A stretch of 64,000 bases of DNA from Perna viridis. Taxonomy: Eukaryota. The position numbers and the translations under genes are program-made. Position 1 is the first letter of the stretch. The number at the start of each line of letters is the position of its first letter. Where the stretch lies: positions 31,744,001 through 31,808,000 of the forward strand of contig CM074522.1 of NCBI GenBank assembly GCA_037379345.1, in the 5' to 3' direction. The notes under the pieces are model-generated. The model worked only from the letters and a program-made list of their open reading frames with translations, was not told where the DNA came from and ran no database searches. Positions 35,545 through 48,099 of the stretch are shown here, in pieces.

Positions 35545-36006
35545 AGGTCTCACTAACCACTTCCGGGTCAAATGGCCACCCCACTATGTAGTACCAAAAA
35601 CACACTGAACCTAGACATATGCATTGTAAGTGCATTATTTGTGTGTATTATGATTAAAAGTAGTCAAAATAAAGCTGAGAATGTGTACTTTAAAATCATA
35701 TATGTAATTAACTACAAAAGTGTATGAATATTGTTTACATGTGTGAGTAATTTGCCTCCATGCTGTCAGTTAGCTGAACAGGTAAAAATGTGGATTTTCG
35801 ATATTATTTATTCAAATAAATTTTGTGAAGAATTTCTACTATCATCGTACCATTAGCATAATGATTTTGGAAGCCTTATTTTCCAAGCTTCGCAAGGGTA
35901 TGCAGCTTTAAGATGTCATTTGTCCTGGGAATTCACAGTGAGACTTTGAAAATTACTTTTTTAACGTGTAAAGTAATGGAAACGTTAGAAGTGGTTAGTG
36001 AGACCT
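35545..36006. mobile_element. MITE with perfect 19-bp TIRs (Kolobok-like ends)
   Basis: AGGTCTCACTAACCACTTC (35545-35563) / GAAGTGGTTAGTGAGACCT (35988-36006); degenerate TTAA-like flanks. Confidence 0.8.
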
Positions 36007-36753
36007 AAAGCAAATGGATATGGTGAATATGTCAAAGACACAACAACCTGCACGTTAAGAAACATAACAGATCAAGGCCACCTAATAAGTCTTAGCATGT
36101 TTAATTCTTACATATTCTTACACATGACCTTTAACTAATGACAATTTAGAATGTTTATGATTAGGAAGACAATACTCGTGGAGCAGTAAGAGTTTTTGAA
36201 CGATTTTAACAAAGTGAATCAAGGGAAAGAGCTGCTGACTATAACAATGTCATCAATGGACAAATATGAAGACAATCTAGCTATCTGAATCTAGTGAACT
36301 TTTTTTTTAAAGATTACAAACCTACTCATGCAGAATTTGTCATTCACCATTAAAGGTTTATGATTGTATCAACAAATGATATATATACATCAAATACGCA
36401 AACATAACTAGCAATATTTGAAATCTTTATTGGGAAAACATACAGCTTCTAATTGTGATACGGTAGGGGTGCACGAAATGATTATTTATTTGCAAGTTTT
36501 CCTTACGAAGTAACTTTTTATTGTGAACGAACACATCCAATATCGTTACATGTAATAATGTTTCACAGAAAAAAAGACACAATAGAATTATGTACAGCGA
36601 AGTCGGATGAACTTAGTTAGAAAAAGAAAAAAAAACAAAACTACAATGAAAAATGACGAGGAATTGTGATAAAAAAGTTGTTATTAATAATATATTTTAA
36701 CCGCGTAAACAAGAGAAGTTAGTCTTTACTAAGAACTGAAATAAAATCTGTTT

Positions 36754-39700
36754 TCAAAATTTCTCAGTTGATGTGACAGTGGCTTTTGATGAAATTTTTT
36801 CTCGGATTCGATTTACAACCTTTTGGGATGATACATATGCGAGGGATACAAATAAACCCTGAAAACTGCAAAGTGTTATAAACATGAACTCGGTTACAAC
36901 GTCATTAAACAAACTTCCCAAAATACCGGAAATCCAAAACATACCAGTCACAACACTGATGCGAACATATACTGAAACAAATCGGAAAGAGTTTGATTTC
37001 CGGACCAGTCGAGTCTCCATAGACTGTCTCGTAATTACGACAGCGACAATTCCAAGACAGAGCATGTTTGTCAAAATAGACATGCCTATAGGTACAGACA
37101 CAAATATTATGTTTCCTGGAAAACCAGTTGGAAAACATACTTTGTTATTGTATTTAACTCTTACATTATAGAATTTGAACTTATCGAAAACAATACCTGG
37201 CACAACAAATATAAGTGGAAGAATTAAGCTGAGAATGTTTAGTTTTTGTTTTGTATGCGTTTTTTGACTAGTCATGTGTGCACTATTGTTCATCATTGTT
37301 CTAATCATATGAGTCATGTGTACCAGTGCCACGGACTTGAATGCAAAAACCAAAAGCCAAAAATAATGAAGACCTACACCTATACAGTAACACACTCTTT
37401 GATTATCAGTTGCACCAATACCAGCCATGAACAGAATATTTGATACAAATAGAGAAATGAACAAGCTTTGAACTATAGAACCAGGAATGGATGTGTACAT
37501 GTTGGTGACTCTATACACTGCAATGGAAACGCCAAGAGCCACGACAGAGACTGACATTCCGGTATATGTCAGAACAATCTTAACTGTACTAAGAACAGAC
37601 CTAGACTTTTCAATACCTGCAAATTTTAAACATTTTACAGAATCTATTGTTAAGTTCGTGTCAAATGATTCACCTAATAGAGAACATTCGAGTTGTTGTT
37701 GTTGACATCTAAAGTTCTGCAATGTCGTCGACCCTAGTTTCGGTATGATTCCTTTGTCAACCATGTGATAGGAAAATGGAAAAATTTCATTTTTCCATTT
37801 TAGATCTTCAGCGTAAATAATAGGATTATCTTCAAAGTTATTGATTTCAAAAATTAATTTGTTCAACTTTCTTATACGAACAATCCATTTCAAGTTTGAT
37901 AAACGTTGTGCCAATGATTTCATTTCCGTCATCTCCAATAACACTGTTATTTTTCCTCTTATACTAATTCTGAGATTAAACTGGGTGTTGTCGACAGTCC
38001 AGGTCTTATACAAACTAATTTTATCAACAGACTCAATTTGTATAAAATCTGACAAGGAATATGCAAGTAAAATAGCAATGGTTTCACCAACGTCAAGGGT
38101 TATCGGTTTGTTTAGGTAAAAGTTGTATTGTTCTGTAAACTGATAACCAGTTATAAGAGGCGTGTTCTGGCATTTTCCTGAAATCTATAAAAAGAAACAT
38201 TCTTTTAAAAAAATATTCATATAAAATTGCAAGGTGATACGGTAAACCTATATACAGCTCTGAATCTATACTTCCCATTTACACGATATACCATCACCCA
38301 TTGTTCCAATCCCCATTACCCATTGAGAACTTCCCACTCTCATCAAAAAATCCCTTCTCTACAAAATCTCCATTGCATATTTCGTATAAAATATGTACAT
38401 TATCTGATTTGATTTAATATATTTTATAGAATTTAACATTAAAAGTGTTACACTGTGAATGTACTATTGTTCGTGGGGTACCAATTTTCATGGTTTCCAT
38501 CAGAGGCCAAATCACAAAATTTGCATTGATATGTATACTGAAAACCTCAAACCAAGAACTTGTTTTTCTTACCTAATCCACGAAAAATGGTACCCACGAA
38601 TTAAAGTATTTTCAAGGAATTTATTTAAATGTAATACATTTTTTACATCAATAAATACTAAAAAAACTGATTTCCGCAGGTCTCTCATTTAGAATTCACA
38701 TTATTCATGAAACTGTCCCCACCCCATCACCATTCCAAATCACCTCATACACCGTAGAATTGGAATTTTTTTCCTATACATGTACTATATCTTGTGGTAC
38801 CAGTTTAAACTTGTCACAATATATAAACGAATATAGGGTGTGCAGCAGATGACAATGCCTCAATTTGTTTTTCTTTATAGAATTATTATAAAAAACAAAA
38901 GATGTTCCATGGATATGAATCAGCATGATTTTTCAACTCTTTATACTTCTTTTCCCCATACTCAGTTCCCGACTCAACATTATACATCGTTGTTACAAAA
39001 AGACCGTATACCTTGATACAAATATGTAGTTCTTGGTAGAGATTCCTCATGCTTTGTAAATTCCAAATCATCTTCCAAATATATCGAATAAGTTTTCAAA
39101 ATGTTGGAATTTTTATCAACAACATAATTGACTATTGTGGTAGATACATTTTTCAACAAACGGTTGGCATTCCAATGGAAACAAATTGTGTACCTCTGCT
39201 TGTTTATCTAATCCTTCCCTTTTATGTATGTATAGATGACGTTGTTTCTCAAACAAAGATGGTACACCTAGATATAATTATTTAGTTCTTGGTAGAGATT
39301 CCTCATACTTTGTAAAAAATAATTCCAAAACATCTTCCAAATATTCATCAGAAGATGTTTTCAAAATGGTGGAATTTTTAATCGACAACATAATTGTCCA
39401 GTGTGGCGGACATGTTTTTCAACAAACGGTCTGTATTCCAGTGGGAACAAAATGTGCTCCTCTACTTGCTGACTTTTCCTACACTCTTATGAGGTTGACT
39501 TGATCTGATCCGATAGAAAGAACATGGTGTGGCTAGATCCTTTAATCTCAGTTTCCGCTATATAGATGACGTACTATCGTTAAACAATCCTAGTTTCGGG
39601 ACTTGCTACATCGCATCCACCCAAAATAACTTGAGATAAAGAATACTACATACAATGCGAAGTCAGTCTCTTATCTTGACCTACACTTAGAGATCAATGG

Positions 39701-42700
39701 TAAAGGAATACTATTGACCAAACTTTACGACAAACGTGATGACTTTTCATTCAGAATAGTCAACTTTCCTTTCATCTGTGGCAACATCCCTTCAACACCT
39801 GCGTATGGAGTTTTCCTATCACAACTTTTACATTATGCCAGAGCTTGCCGTAACTACGCAGACTTTTTGTATAGCGCTAGGACTCTTACAGTTGGGATTC
39901 TGGGACAGGGTTATGTTGCTACAAGATAGAAGTCATCAAAACATAATTTGAATTTTTATAAGCAATTCGGCGGGTGTAGAAAAGCAGAGGACGCTTACCC
40001 TACCGGTGCACTTGGTCCATGCTTCCATTTGTTAGTGGGGTCCGAGTTGCTCGTTTGCTTTTGTTACTTTGTATGTATTATTTTTGTTACCTAATATTCT
40101 TTTGTTGTGCATGTCTATTTTCCATGTCTGGTTTTTGTCCATGGATTATTTCTTTTGATTTCCACTAGAACCTTGGTTCCCTTGATTACTCTTTCAGGTG
40201 GTAACGAAGAGTATTACTGCAAACATGACATGTTTTATATGTTAAGTTTGGAATGAAGGGTACAACTGCAAGCATGGCATCTCATGTGTTCAGTTTGGAA
40301 TGAAATGTTCTACTGGAAACAAGACATATATTATATGTTCACTTTGGTACGAAGATTTTTACTGTAAACATCACCTCTTTTATAATTATGTTCCCTTTGG
40401 AACGAAGGATTAATATTAGGTTCCCATTATCGTGCGATTAGTTACGATTGCCATAATTGTTAAATCGTAACTGATCGTGAATCCATTTGGAATTGCATGT
40501 TTGTGTACGATGCGTTGCGAGTTGATACATTCTGATGCAACACTTTCACAATTTTCAAATTTTGAGTACCACGACCAGTAAAGACACACGTTTTGTTTCG
40601 ACAGAATAATATCAGATGCGATTGTCCCGATTAAGATCACGATATGATCACAATCTGATACGAAAATTGAGATCGATGTTCAATATTGCATACAATCTGG
40701 AAAGAAAGGATACGTTAACATACATTAAAAAGGATTATATACGTTATGTTGCGTTAAAGAGTAATCAAGAGAGAACCAAGGTAATAGCGGTAATCAAAAG
40801 AATGTAATCCAGGGACAAAGACCAGACATGGGAAACAGACATACACAACAAAGAACATAAAGTAACTAAAATCATACATACAAAGTAACAAAAGCAAATG
40901 AGCAACTCGGACTCCACAAAAAACTGGGAGCATGAACCAGGTGCACCGGTAAGTTAAGCGTCCTTTTCTTTTCTAGAAACACCCGACGAGTTGCTTATAA
41001 AAAGGCAAGTCCGGGGTAGTCGAAAGACGAAAGAAAAACTATGACACCTAGAACAAATCAGTTTTCATATCGCAGATGGATACACCGTATTGATCCCCGA
41101 GTTCATGATGACGAGCATTAAATTTTTGTAGTGATGACTTCAATCTTGTAGCAACATAACCCTGTTCGAGAAGCCTATTTGATAGAATTCTAGCGCGATA
41201 CAAAAAGTCTGCGTAGTTTCGGCAAGCTCTGGCAAGATACGATTAAAGTTGGTAAATCTTTTAAGATTAGATGAAAAATTATCATGACTCACCACGACTT
41301 GATCCCGATTGATGTCTATATATAAAGCCTAGCTACTAGTATTCCTATGTATTTTTCATTACTGTACATATTTGTGCAGAGTGCACATCATAGAAAATAG
41401 AATACCTATACTCTAAATTTATGAGAATGTGACATTTACCATTTTTATGTATGCATACGTAAAATGAAGTAGAAAAAAAAACGAAGCAAAGAACAGTGCG
41501 ATCAGATACAACGCCGAGTCCAAAGAACAAGGAGAGCCGCATTCTTGCGATCTTGGGTTCGGCCATAGATAACAGACGGACGGAGACAGCAATTTGGTCA
41601 TTTTTTTCTTGTCTACAACTTTCACATTTAAGGTTTAATAATCCATTGGCATTCCAAAACTACATAAGATTGCCCAAAAGCTCTTTGATTAAGTGCTATA
41701 AAAATAACTCCAGCTATAGGAAGGACGTGAACAAACTTCAGAAGTCATATTTCGCCCTCAGACATGTTGTCGCTGGAAAGATCTATAAGTAGCTGTCGTA
41801 TGATTTCAGGTGAGTGTGTTGTCTTGTAATTTCGAGAATAGTTTAGAAGTTTGTCAAACCATCGTAGGAGCTTAAAAATAAGTGTTCAGCCTACCTGTGA
41901 CAAGCGAAGCCTGGCGAGAATTAGCCAATCATATCAAGTATAAATGGAACGTTCCACACGCAACTGGAACCCTTGATGATAAATAAATTGCGAACAATAT
42001 CTTTTTTTCCATACCACTTCTAGCATTAGTAGATGCTGATTATAAATTTGTCTTGATGATGCTATGAAGTAAATGTCATATGTCAGACGCTCAGATTTTT
42101 AATGTCTCTGAGCTGTTCAGCGGTCTAGAAGATTAATACACAGGTCTTCCGCCACTTCGTCCGTAGAGACAAGCCCTGATGACAATATTGATATGACTTT
42201 TTTATCCTAGTGGTTGATGTTTTCGTCTTAAGGAACTACCTGACGAAACCATATAGCAGGAGATGCAAGTCTTGGGAGGAAAATTTCGAGGGGCAGGAGA
42301 GTGGTCGAAATTTTGCTTACTCGCTTATAAATTCCGGTGTCTTCTTATGACCCTAGAGCGGAAACCAAAAACGGTTAAAGATATTGTTAAGGCGACAACA
42401 GTTCATTATAATATACTGCAAATTAAGACATTCAGGTATTACAGCACAAGAAGAAGATCATGAAGATGAAAACCACAATGTAATCCGTAGGGCAGGGAGA
42501 GGGATAAAAAAAATTAGAACTTATCCCGCCACGACTCCTCTCTGTTGTTCATATCTCCATATCTACTCAATTTGTCTTTTTTTTTCTTTTTGAGACGTCC
42601 GATTACAGTTCTCATGTTGGCATTCCATGCTTTCAGTTGTTCTGCTGTGGTATTCACCTTTGTGGCCTGTGCAGCCTAACGAACATCCTTCTCTGAAACT

Positions 42701-45272
42701 CGCAGGGCGTTGACTGTATATAATCTCGTTTTGAGGCAGAATCTCTAATTCTTCTTTTTCACCCAGGTCATCCACCTCTTCTACCGTAAGCGTCCCTTCC
42801 GACATTGTCTCAGGGTCAGCTGCAACCACAGCGAATCTTTTCCTGTCTTTAACTTTGGGTGGCATATTAGGAAAAAGCCATATTTGATCAATTAATGCTG
42901 AGTTCAAAATGAAATTCGTTGAGTAGTAAATAATTTAGATCTAGTCTGATTTTATATAGAATTTGCAACTGGTCGTAAATGCACGTGACAAATCGTGAGT
43001 ATTCTTGTCTTATCGAATTTATCGTATCCAATCGAAACTGATCGTATCGAATCGTTTCTTATTGCTTGTCAGTCGTGTCAGATCGTGAACATTAGGATAC
43101 GATGAATCGAAACAGCTCGTATCTGATCGTAAGTAATCGTACATCGCAGCGAATCGTGTATTTTTTTTTTGGCCAAAGACTGATCCCGATCAATTACGAT
43201 GCGACAGTACGTTTAGATGCAATATATTGCGAGGTGTTGCGACCCCATACGATTTAATACGTTAACCATGATTGAAAATTCAATCGTGTTGCTGGAAGGA
43301 CAATTTTTCACAGTCAAACATTGTTCCATGATCACCACGATTGCCACGATTGGCGTCAAGATCTTTTACGATGTTATGCACTCACCACAATCGGTCCACA
43401 CCGTGACGCCAATGAGACTTTTTAAATTACTAATTTGTTCTAAACAATATGGATATAAACAATTTTTTAATTTAGTCAAATGTCAACACGAACATTTACG
43501 GTTTAATCTCTACAAACGAAAGCATAAAATCAATACCTGCCCAAAAAAAAGCTGCAATATTATATTCATGCAAAATTGTTAAACGTGTATAATATAAATG
43601 GATATTCATTAAATTCTAGTGTTTCTAGAAAAGCAGAGGACGCTTAACCTACCGTTACACCTGGTCTATGCTCCCAGTTTTTAGTGGAGTCCGAGTTAAT
43701 CATTTACTTTTGTTACTTTGTATGTTTTATTTTAGTTACTTTATGTTCTTTGTTGTGTATGTCTGTTTTCCATGTCTGGTCTTTGTCCCTGGATTACATT
43801 CTTTTGATTACCCTTATAACCTTGGTTCCCTTAATTTCTCCATCTAAACAGGCATTATTGTTTAACATGTAGAAACAAATTTAAAGGTTCCTGTAATTAA
43901 CAAGCAAATGTACCAATGAGAGTATGATATGAACGGTGAATGCAAATACCTTTGTTACACCTGCATGAAAAGATGACTTCTCGTTCGGTTTTATCTGGCA
44001 AATATGAAAGATAGTACACGTTTACATGGTACAAAAGGTAGATTTTCCATTTATGTTAAATATTTGTTAATTTTGTGATATAAGTTTCAAATCATTGCAT
44101 ATACATCTATGAGACTGTGTATGCAAAACACAGATCTACGCTTAATATATGTAGAGGATTTATTTGGAGGAAAATAAATATTGAATATTAGAATATTGCA
44201 GTATACACATTTGTGATGTGTGAATGAATAACAGCTAAATTATAATTACCTGCGCATGCCCTTCACATTGTCTTTCATTGTCGAAGGAAAAGATAACAGA
44301 CATTGGGTATAAATCAAAATCTTTAATGGCAACTAGGTGATATCCCAAAGGATCAAAACACTTCTTATACTGGTTGTTAGGATTGCAAAATACATTTCTG
44401 TCAAAACTCTGTTTTCCAGAAAGAATTTGTATTGCACTGATGGAATTGTTGTTGCACTTGTCTGCATTTTCAGAGTTTGGGAGCTGGTAAATTAAACATC
44501 TTCTAATAGAAACATTTGCTGACGGAACCATTTCTATGCGTGCTTTAGCGCTATTGTTTATCACATTAATGAAAGATATTTCATCTGTTATTCTATAGAA
44601 TTTTTCAGAATTTATATTAGAAACATTAATTGCAAATTGTGTAAACGTATCAATGCCATTACATTTTGCACAAAATTTGTTCTGATATATGACATTTTCC
44701 TTACTTATTACCCATGGACCCGTTGAAATGACATTTGTTGATTTGCACAAATAATAGATTTCAGATGAATTGTTGTGAAATGGACATTTCCGGACAATGA
44801 AATATCCGTATATCTGTTCAGAAGGTGTTTTGGGCGATACGCACTCATAAGGTCCGTTAACATCAATGGATGTGACATTCGCGTCAAAGCAGCAGTCATT
44901 GTATTTAAAGCACACATCATCACAATTACAATATCTGAAATTTTCCCCTATCATTGATTGATAGTTACATGAGCCATAATGATTACAGATGTCAGACCAG
45001 AAATGCCCGTCGTTAGATATTTTTGTTGTTTGCTCAGATTCTGTTATACTTCCCCACTTCTCCGTTTGGTGTTCTTTAGGTTTGTTGGGTGTCACTGTCG
45101 ACTGGATGAGAGGAAATATATTTTTGTCCTTTAAATGATGGTTCGGTTTATCCATAGTATCATGCTGAAATTGTGTGGTATAAAATTCCTTCATCTTTGA
45201 ACTCTGTTGTTGAATACATGATGATATCAACAGCATTAAATAGACTATTGCTATTCTCTTTTTATTTTCCAT
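36754..45272 (-). CDS. Class B-like (adhesion/Methuselah-like) 7TM GPCR with somatomedin-B-like Cys-rich ectodomain, 817 aa
   Basis: Exon 1, 45272-44250: signal peptide MENKKRIAIVYLMLLISSC, CNCDDVCFKYNDCC, IVRKCP, YQNKFCAKCNG; donor GTAATT. Exon 2, 38184-36754: acceptor TTTTATAG, phase 0 (...GHAQ|ISGKCQ...), seven hydrophobic helices with CYCIGVGLHYFWL and SFQGLFVSLAY (7tm_2-type). An acceptor about 10 nt before the ATG (45283-45284) suggests a 5' UTR exon further upstream. Confidence 0.88.
38450..38615. mobile_element. Short MITE (related copy at about 57715-57887)
   Basis: TTCGTGGGGTACCAATTTTC ... GAAAAATGGTACCCACGAA inverted ends; both copies share the internal CATTGATATGTATACTGAAAAC. Confidence 0.6.
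38950..40195 (+). mobile_element. Naiad-type Penelope-like RT remnant plus 3' UTR in the GPCR intron (two tandem segments)
   Basis: [66 protein letters not shown]. The segment TAGTTCTTGGTAGAGATTCCTCAT occurs at about 39028 and again at about 39283. Ends ...CCCTTGATTACTCT. Confidence 0.85.
40757..41235 (-). repeat. Naiad-type 3' fragment nested inside the Harbinger element
   Basis: Reverse complement of the RT C-terminus plus the full 3' UTR; it interrupts the CGAT-rich left arm of the Harbinger element. Confidence 0.9.
41460..42500 (+). pseudogene. Harbinger (HARBI1-like) DDE transposase pseudogene
   Basis: AFQNYIRLP; ALRHVVAG...LSYDFR; WNVPHATGTLDDK; FSIPLLALVDADYKF; MSDAQIFNVSEL; VDVFVLRNYLTKPYSRR; SRGRRVVEN. 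Many stops and frameshifts. Confidence 0.85.
42580..42866 (-). pseudogene. MADF/Myb-SANT-like DNA-binding protein remnant of the Harbinger element
   Basis: MPPKVK...QNEIIYSQR, then after a frameshift KDVR*AAQATKVNTTAEQLKAWNANMRTVIGRLKKKK, which fits the MADF helix pattern. Confidence 0.65.
43619..43840 (+). repeat. Naiad-type 3' UTR copy
   Basis: Near-identical to the 28729 copy. Confidence 0.88.
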
Positions 45273-45724
45273 TTTGAACGCTCTAAGAAAATATGACCTT
45301 ACAGGAATATGACTTGTACACCTCCTCTGTTTTATTGAAATATTTTTTTTTATCTTTTGCTCGCTTTAAATACCATTTGTTCATTTATTAAATGCCGCTC
45401 AGATTGATTTTCGACACTTATTTGTTTTTTTTTCTTCCAGAATAAACTTTGGATATATGAGATAAACTATATACTATTTATATGTAACGCAAGCTGAAGC
45501 TTTATTCCTACCCGGCATTTCAAAAGTTCATTATGGCCTTTGGTCGCTTTATATAAAACTATAGAGTTTCAGTCTTTAGTGTTTTAGTACTATTCTGTGT
45601 AAAAATCAGGCAATATGTGGCTCATCATTTTTCTCAATTTGGTTTTTCATGCCACAAATATATTCTATACATCATATACAATTGATATTCATTTCTGGCT
45701 ACTTTTAAGAATGTAAACCCTAAA

Positions 45725-46210
45725 TGAATATCAAATGAATATCAAATGGTTATCTTTTTCTGTTCGATATTCATTTTACATTCGTTTCCGGTTTATATAT
45801 ATTAAATATAGAATGGATTTGAATATCAAAATGAATATTAAACAGGATTTTTTTTCTGTTCGATATTCGTTTGACATTCGTTTCCGGTTTATATATATTA
45901 AATAACGGATTTGAATATCAAACTGAATATCAAACAGGAGTTTGGTCTGTTCGATATTCGTTTGACATTCGTTTCCGGTTTATATATTGAATATAGAATG
46001 GATTTGAATAGCAATTTGAATATTGAACAGGATTTTTTTTTCTGTTCGATATTCGTTTGACATTCGTTTCCGGTTTATATATTGAATATAGAATGGATTT
46101 GAATATCAAACTGAATATCAAACAGGAGTTTGGACTGGTAAAATTTTACCGTTTGATATTCAGTTTGATATTGAAACGTTTGAATGTCGAATATCGAACA
46201 TCGAATATCC
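45725..46210. repeat. About 95-bp tandem repeat array with an inverted terminal part
   Basis: TCTGTTCGATATTC recurs at 45759, 45855, 45946 and 46041; reverse-orientation motifs at 46150-46208. Confidence 0.88.
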
Positions 46211-46911
46211 AACTTGCTCTTGGTGGAAAATTGTACCTCCAGATGATCAAGATTATGACCAATTATCGCCATTTTTCAATCTTGGGAGTTCATTCGATTA
46301 TAGTTCTAACAAAACAACTAATAGGGACGAGACAAGTTAGCAAAAAAGTATAAAGGACAAGCACCTCTATGAAAAGAACTTCAAAAAATTTTCACATGCT
46401 AGAATCAAAGTGCAAGCTTCAAAAGAATCAAAGCTGTGTTGTGCCTACTCAATCTGTTATTATAGATAAACACAAAGTCATAAGTGTCTCTTTCGAAGAT
46501 GCATTATTAATTCAAATAGCATTTTCCCAGTGTCCAGAACTTAGATACCGGTACAGTTACTGCATTATATTACGCTACTCCTATTTCTGAAACCGATCCC
46601 ACAGCCGGAAACCTTACCAATGGCACGTCTGATGGGTTGGACATTGTTTACCAAGAAGTTCTGAGCAACGTTTCCATGTACAAATATAGTATCATTAATT
46701 AATAAAACCTACATGTATCCTTGAATCTATTCCACGTACTAGGTAAAATATACATTTAATTTTAAACGTGAAATAAATGTAATCCTTATATATATTTCCA
46801 GGAGGTGTCTTTTTATATAAGCCGAGACGGGGAGATGTGGATATTCGGTTCTTTTAGTATTCGGGATTTATAATTTGAGTGTATGTACATGTACCGGTAT
46901 TAGTAAGTTAA

Positions 46912-47945
46912 GGTAGCATCCCTCCCCAATGCATGTAAAATCATTCAGGCGTGAATTAAGAATGATTTGATATATGGACATGTTTTTCTCTTTCAAGTCT
47001 GACAACTTGACAAAATTTTTCATGTAATTTCAATTAAATAATCCTAAATACAAATAACCAGGAAATACCGTCTGATTGCTATTAGGGCATTTGTTAACGT
47101 CGCAACATCAAATGCAAACACCCCGTGACAATTGTATAGACATCTTTATCTTATTGATTATTCTGGATTAATTCCAATTACTTGCCTAATCTGATGGAGC
47201 ATTATTTTAACTTGCAACAAAAAACTTGATCGCTATTACCGGTCTGGTAGACAATGATTCTTATTAGTTATGGGTGAAAGAAACATAATATTAAGTTGAG
47301 TTTATACCAGAAAGCATTGTGTGCTAATGGGTATAAAACAAATACAGTTAAATGATCTTAAGATTGTCCGAAATTATACAGAACTCTAAAGGAAGTCCGC
47401 ATTTTTTTTCTAGTTTTACTAAATAAGTTAATTTAGGTATTTTTTCATTTCTGCTTGGTGCGGTTTCCCCCTTCTTCAAAAGTATCAATTGTGTATATTT
47501 CTCTTTTTGAGTCTGGTACCTAAAAAACACATACATGTATATCTACCCAGTCAAATATTTGTATCAGACAACTTAATCATAACCAAGTGACCGAACCAGG
47601 AGATTTTTGTGGATGTAAATATGCGTAAATTGTATAATACAACATGTATTCGAAAAACTGCATGACAGTGATAATCTTACGATTCCCATACATGTAATAT
47701 ACGACTTTTTGCGGTATTGATATTTTTTAGCAACACGGAAATTGAGTAATAAATACTAAATACGTTTATAAGATATAAGTACAGTTAAACATCTGGCACC
47801 CAGACCACTTAAGTTCTGATATTGACAGAAAGATTAGGAAGTATACATGTTGCTGTACCGTAGTAACCCGAATGAAGTTAATCATTTTGTTTAATCAGGC
47901 GTGCATCGTATGATAAGTAACTGATCCAACGGGAGAATATTAACC
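46912..47945. mobile_element. Putative TTAA-flanked (Kolobok-like) non-autonomous element
   Basis: TTAA|GGTAGCATCCCTCCC ... GGGAGAATATTAACC|TTAA; TIRs are imperfect. Confidence 0.4.
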
Positions 47946-48099
47946 TTAAGTTGCATCTGTTTTAGTATTATAATCAAAGATTTTTTTGGGTAACTTTTAC
48001 AATTTAATTTAATAAATTTTCAAAATATTTGTTATTCTTGATAAATAAGTTTAATTAAAGAAGTCAATTATAGATATACACACATAGAAATATACATGA

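Larger units (their letters stand above)
40418..43420. mobile_element. PIF/Harbinger DNA transposon, decayed, with convergent transposase and MADF/Myb-like ORFs, in the GPCR intron
   Basis: Internal ORF remnants listed separately; both arms are rich in ATCG/CGAT repeats. Exact termini are approximate. Confidence 0.75.

Noticed and set aside
36884-38119. Plus-strand ORFs antisense to the GPCR 7TM exon
   Set aside because: Shadow ORFs of the real minus-strand CDS.
38177-38180. Alternative CAG acceptor for GPCR exon 2
   Set aside because: It gives the wrong phase with exon 1; the TAG acceptor 7 nt upstream (exon start 38184) keeps the frame.
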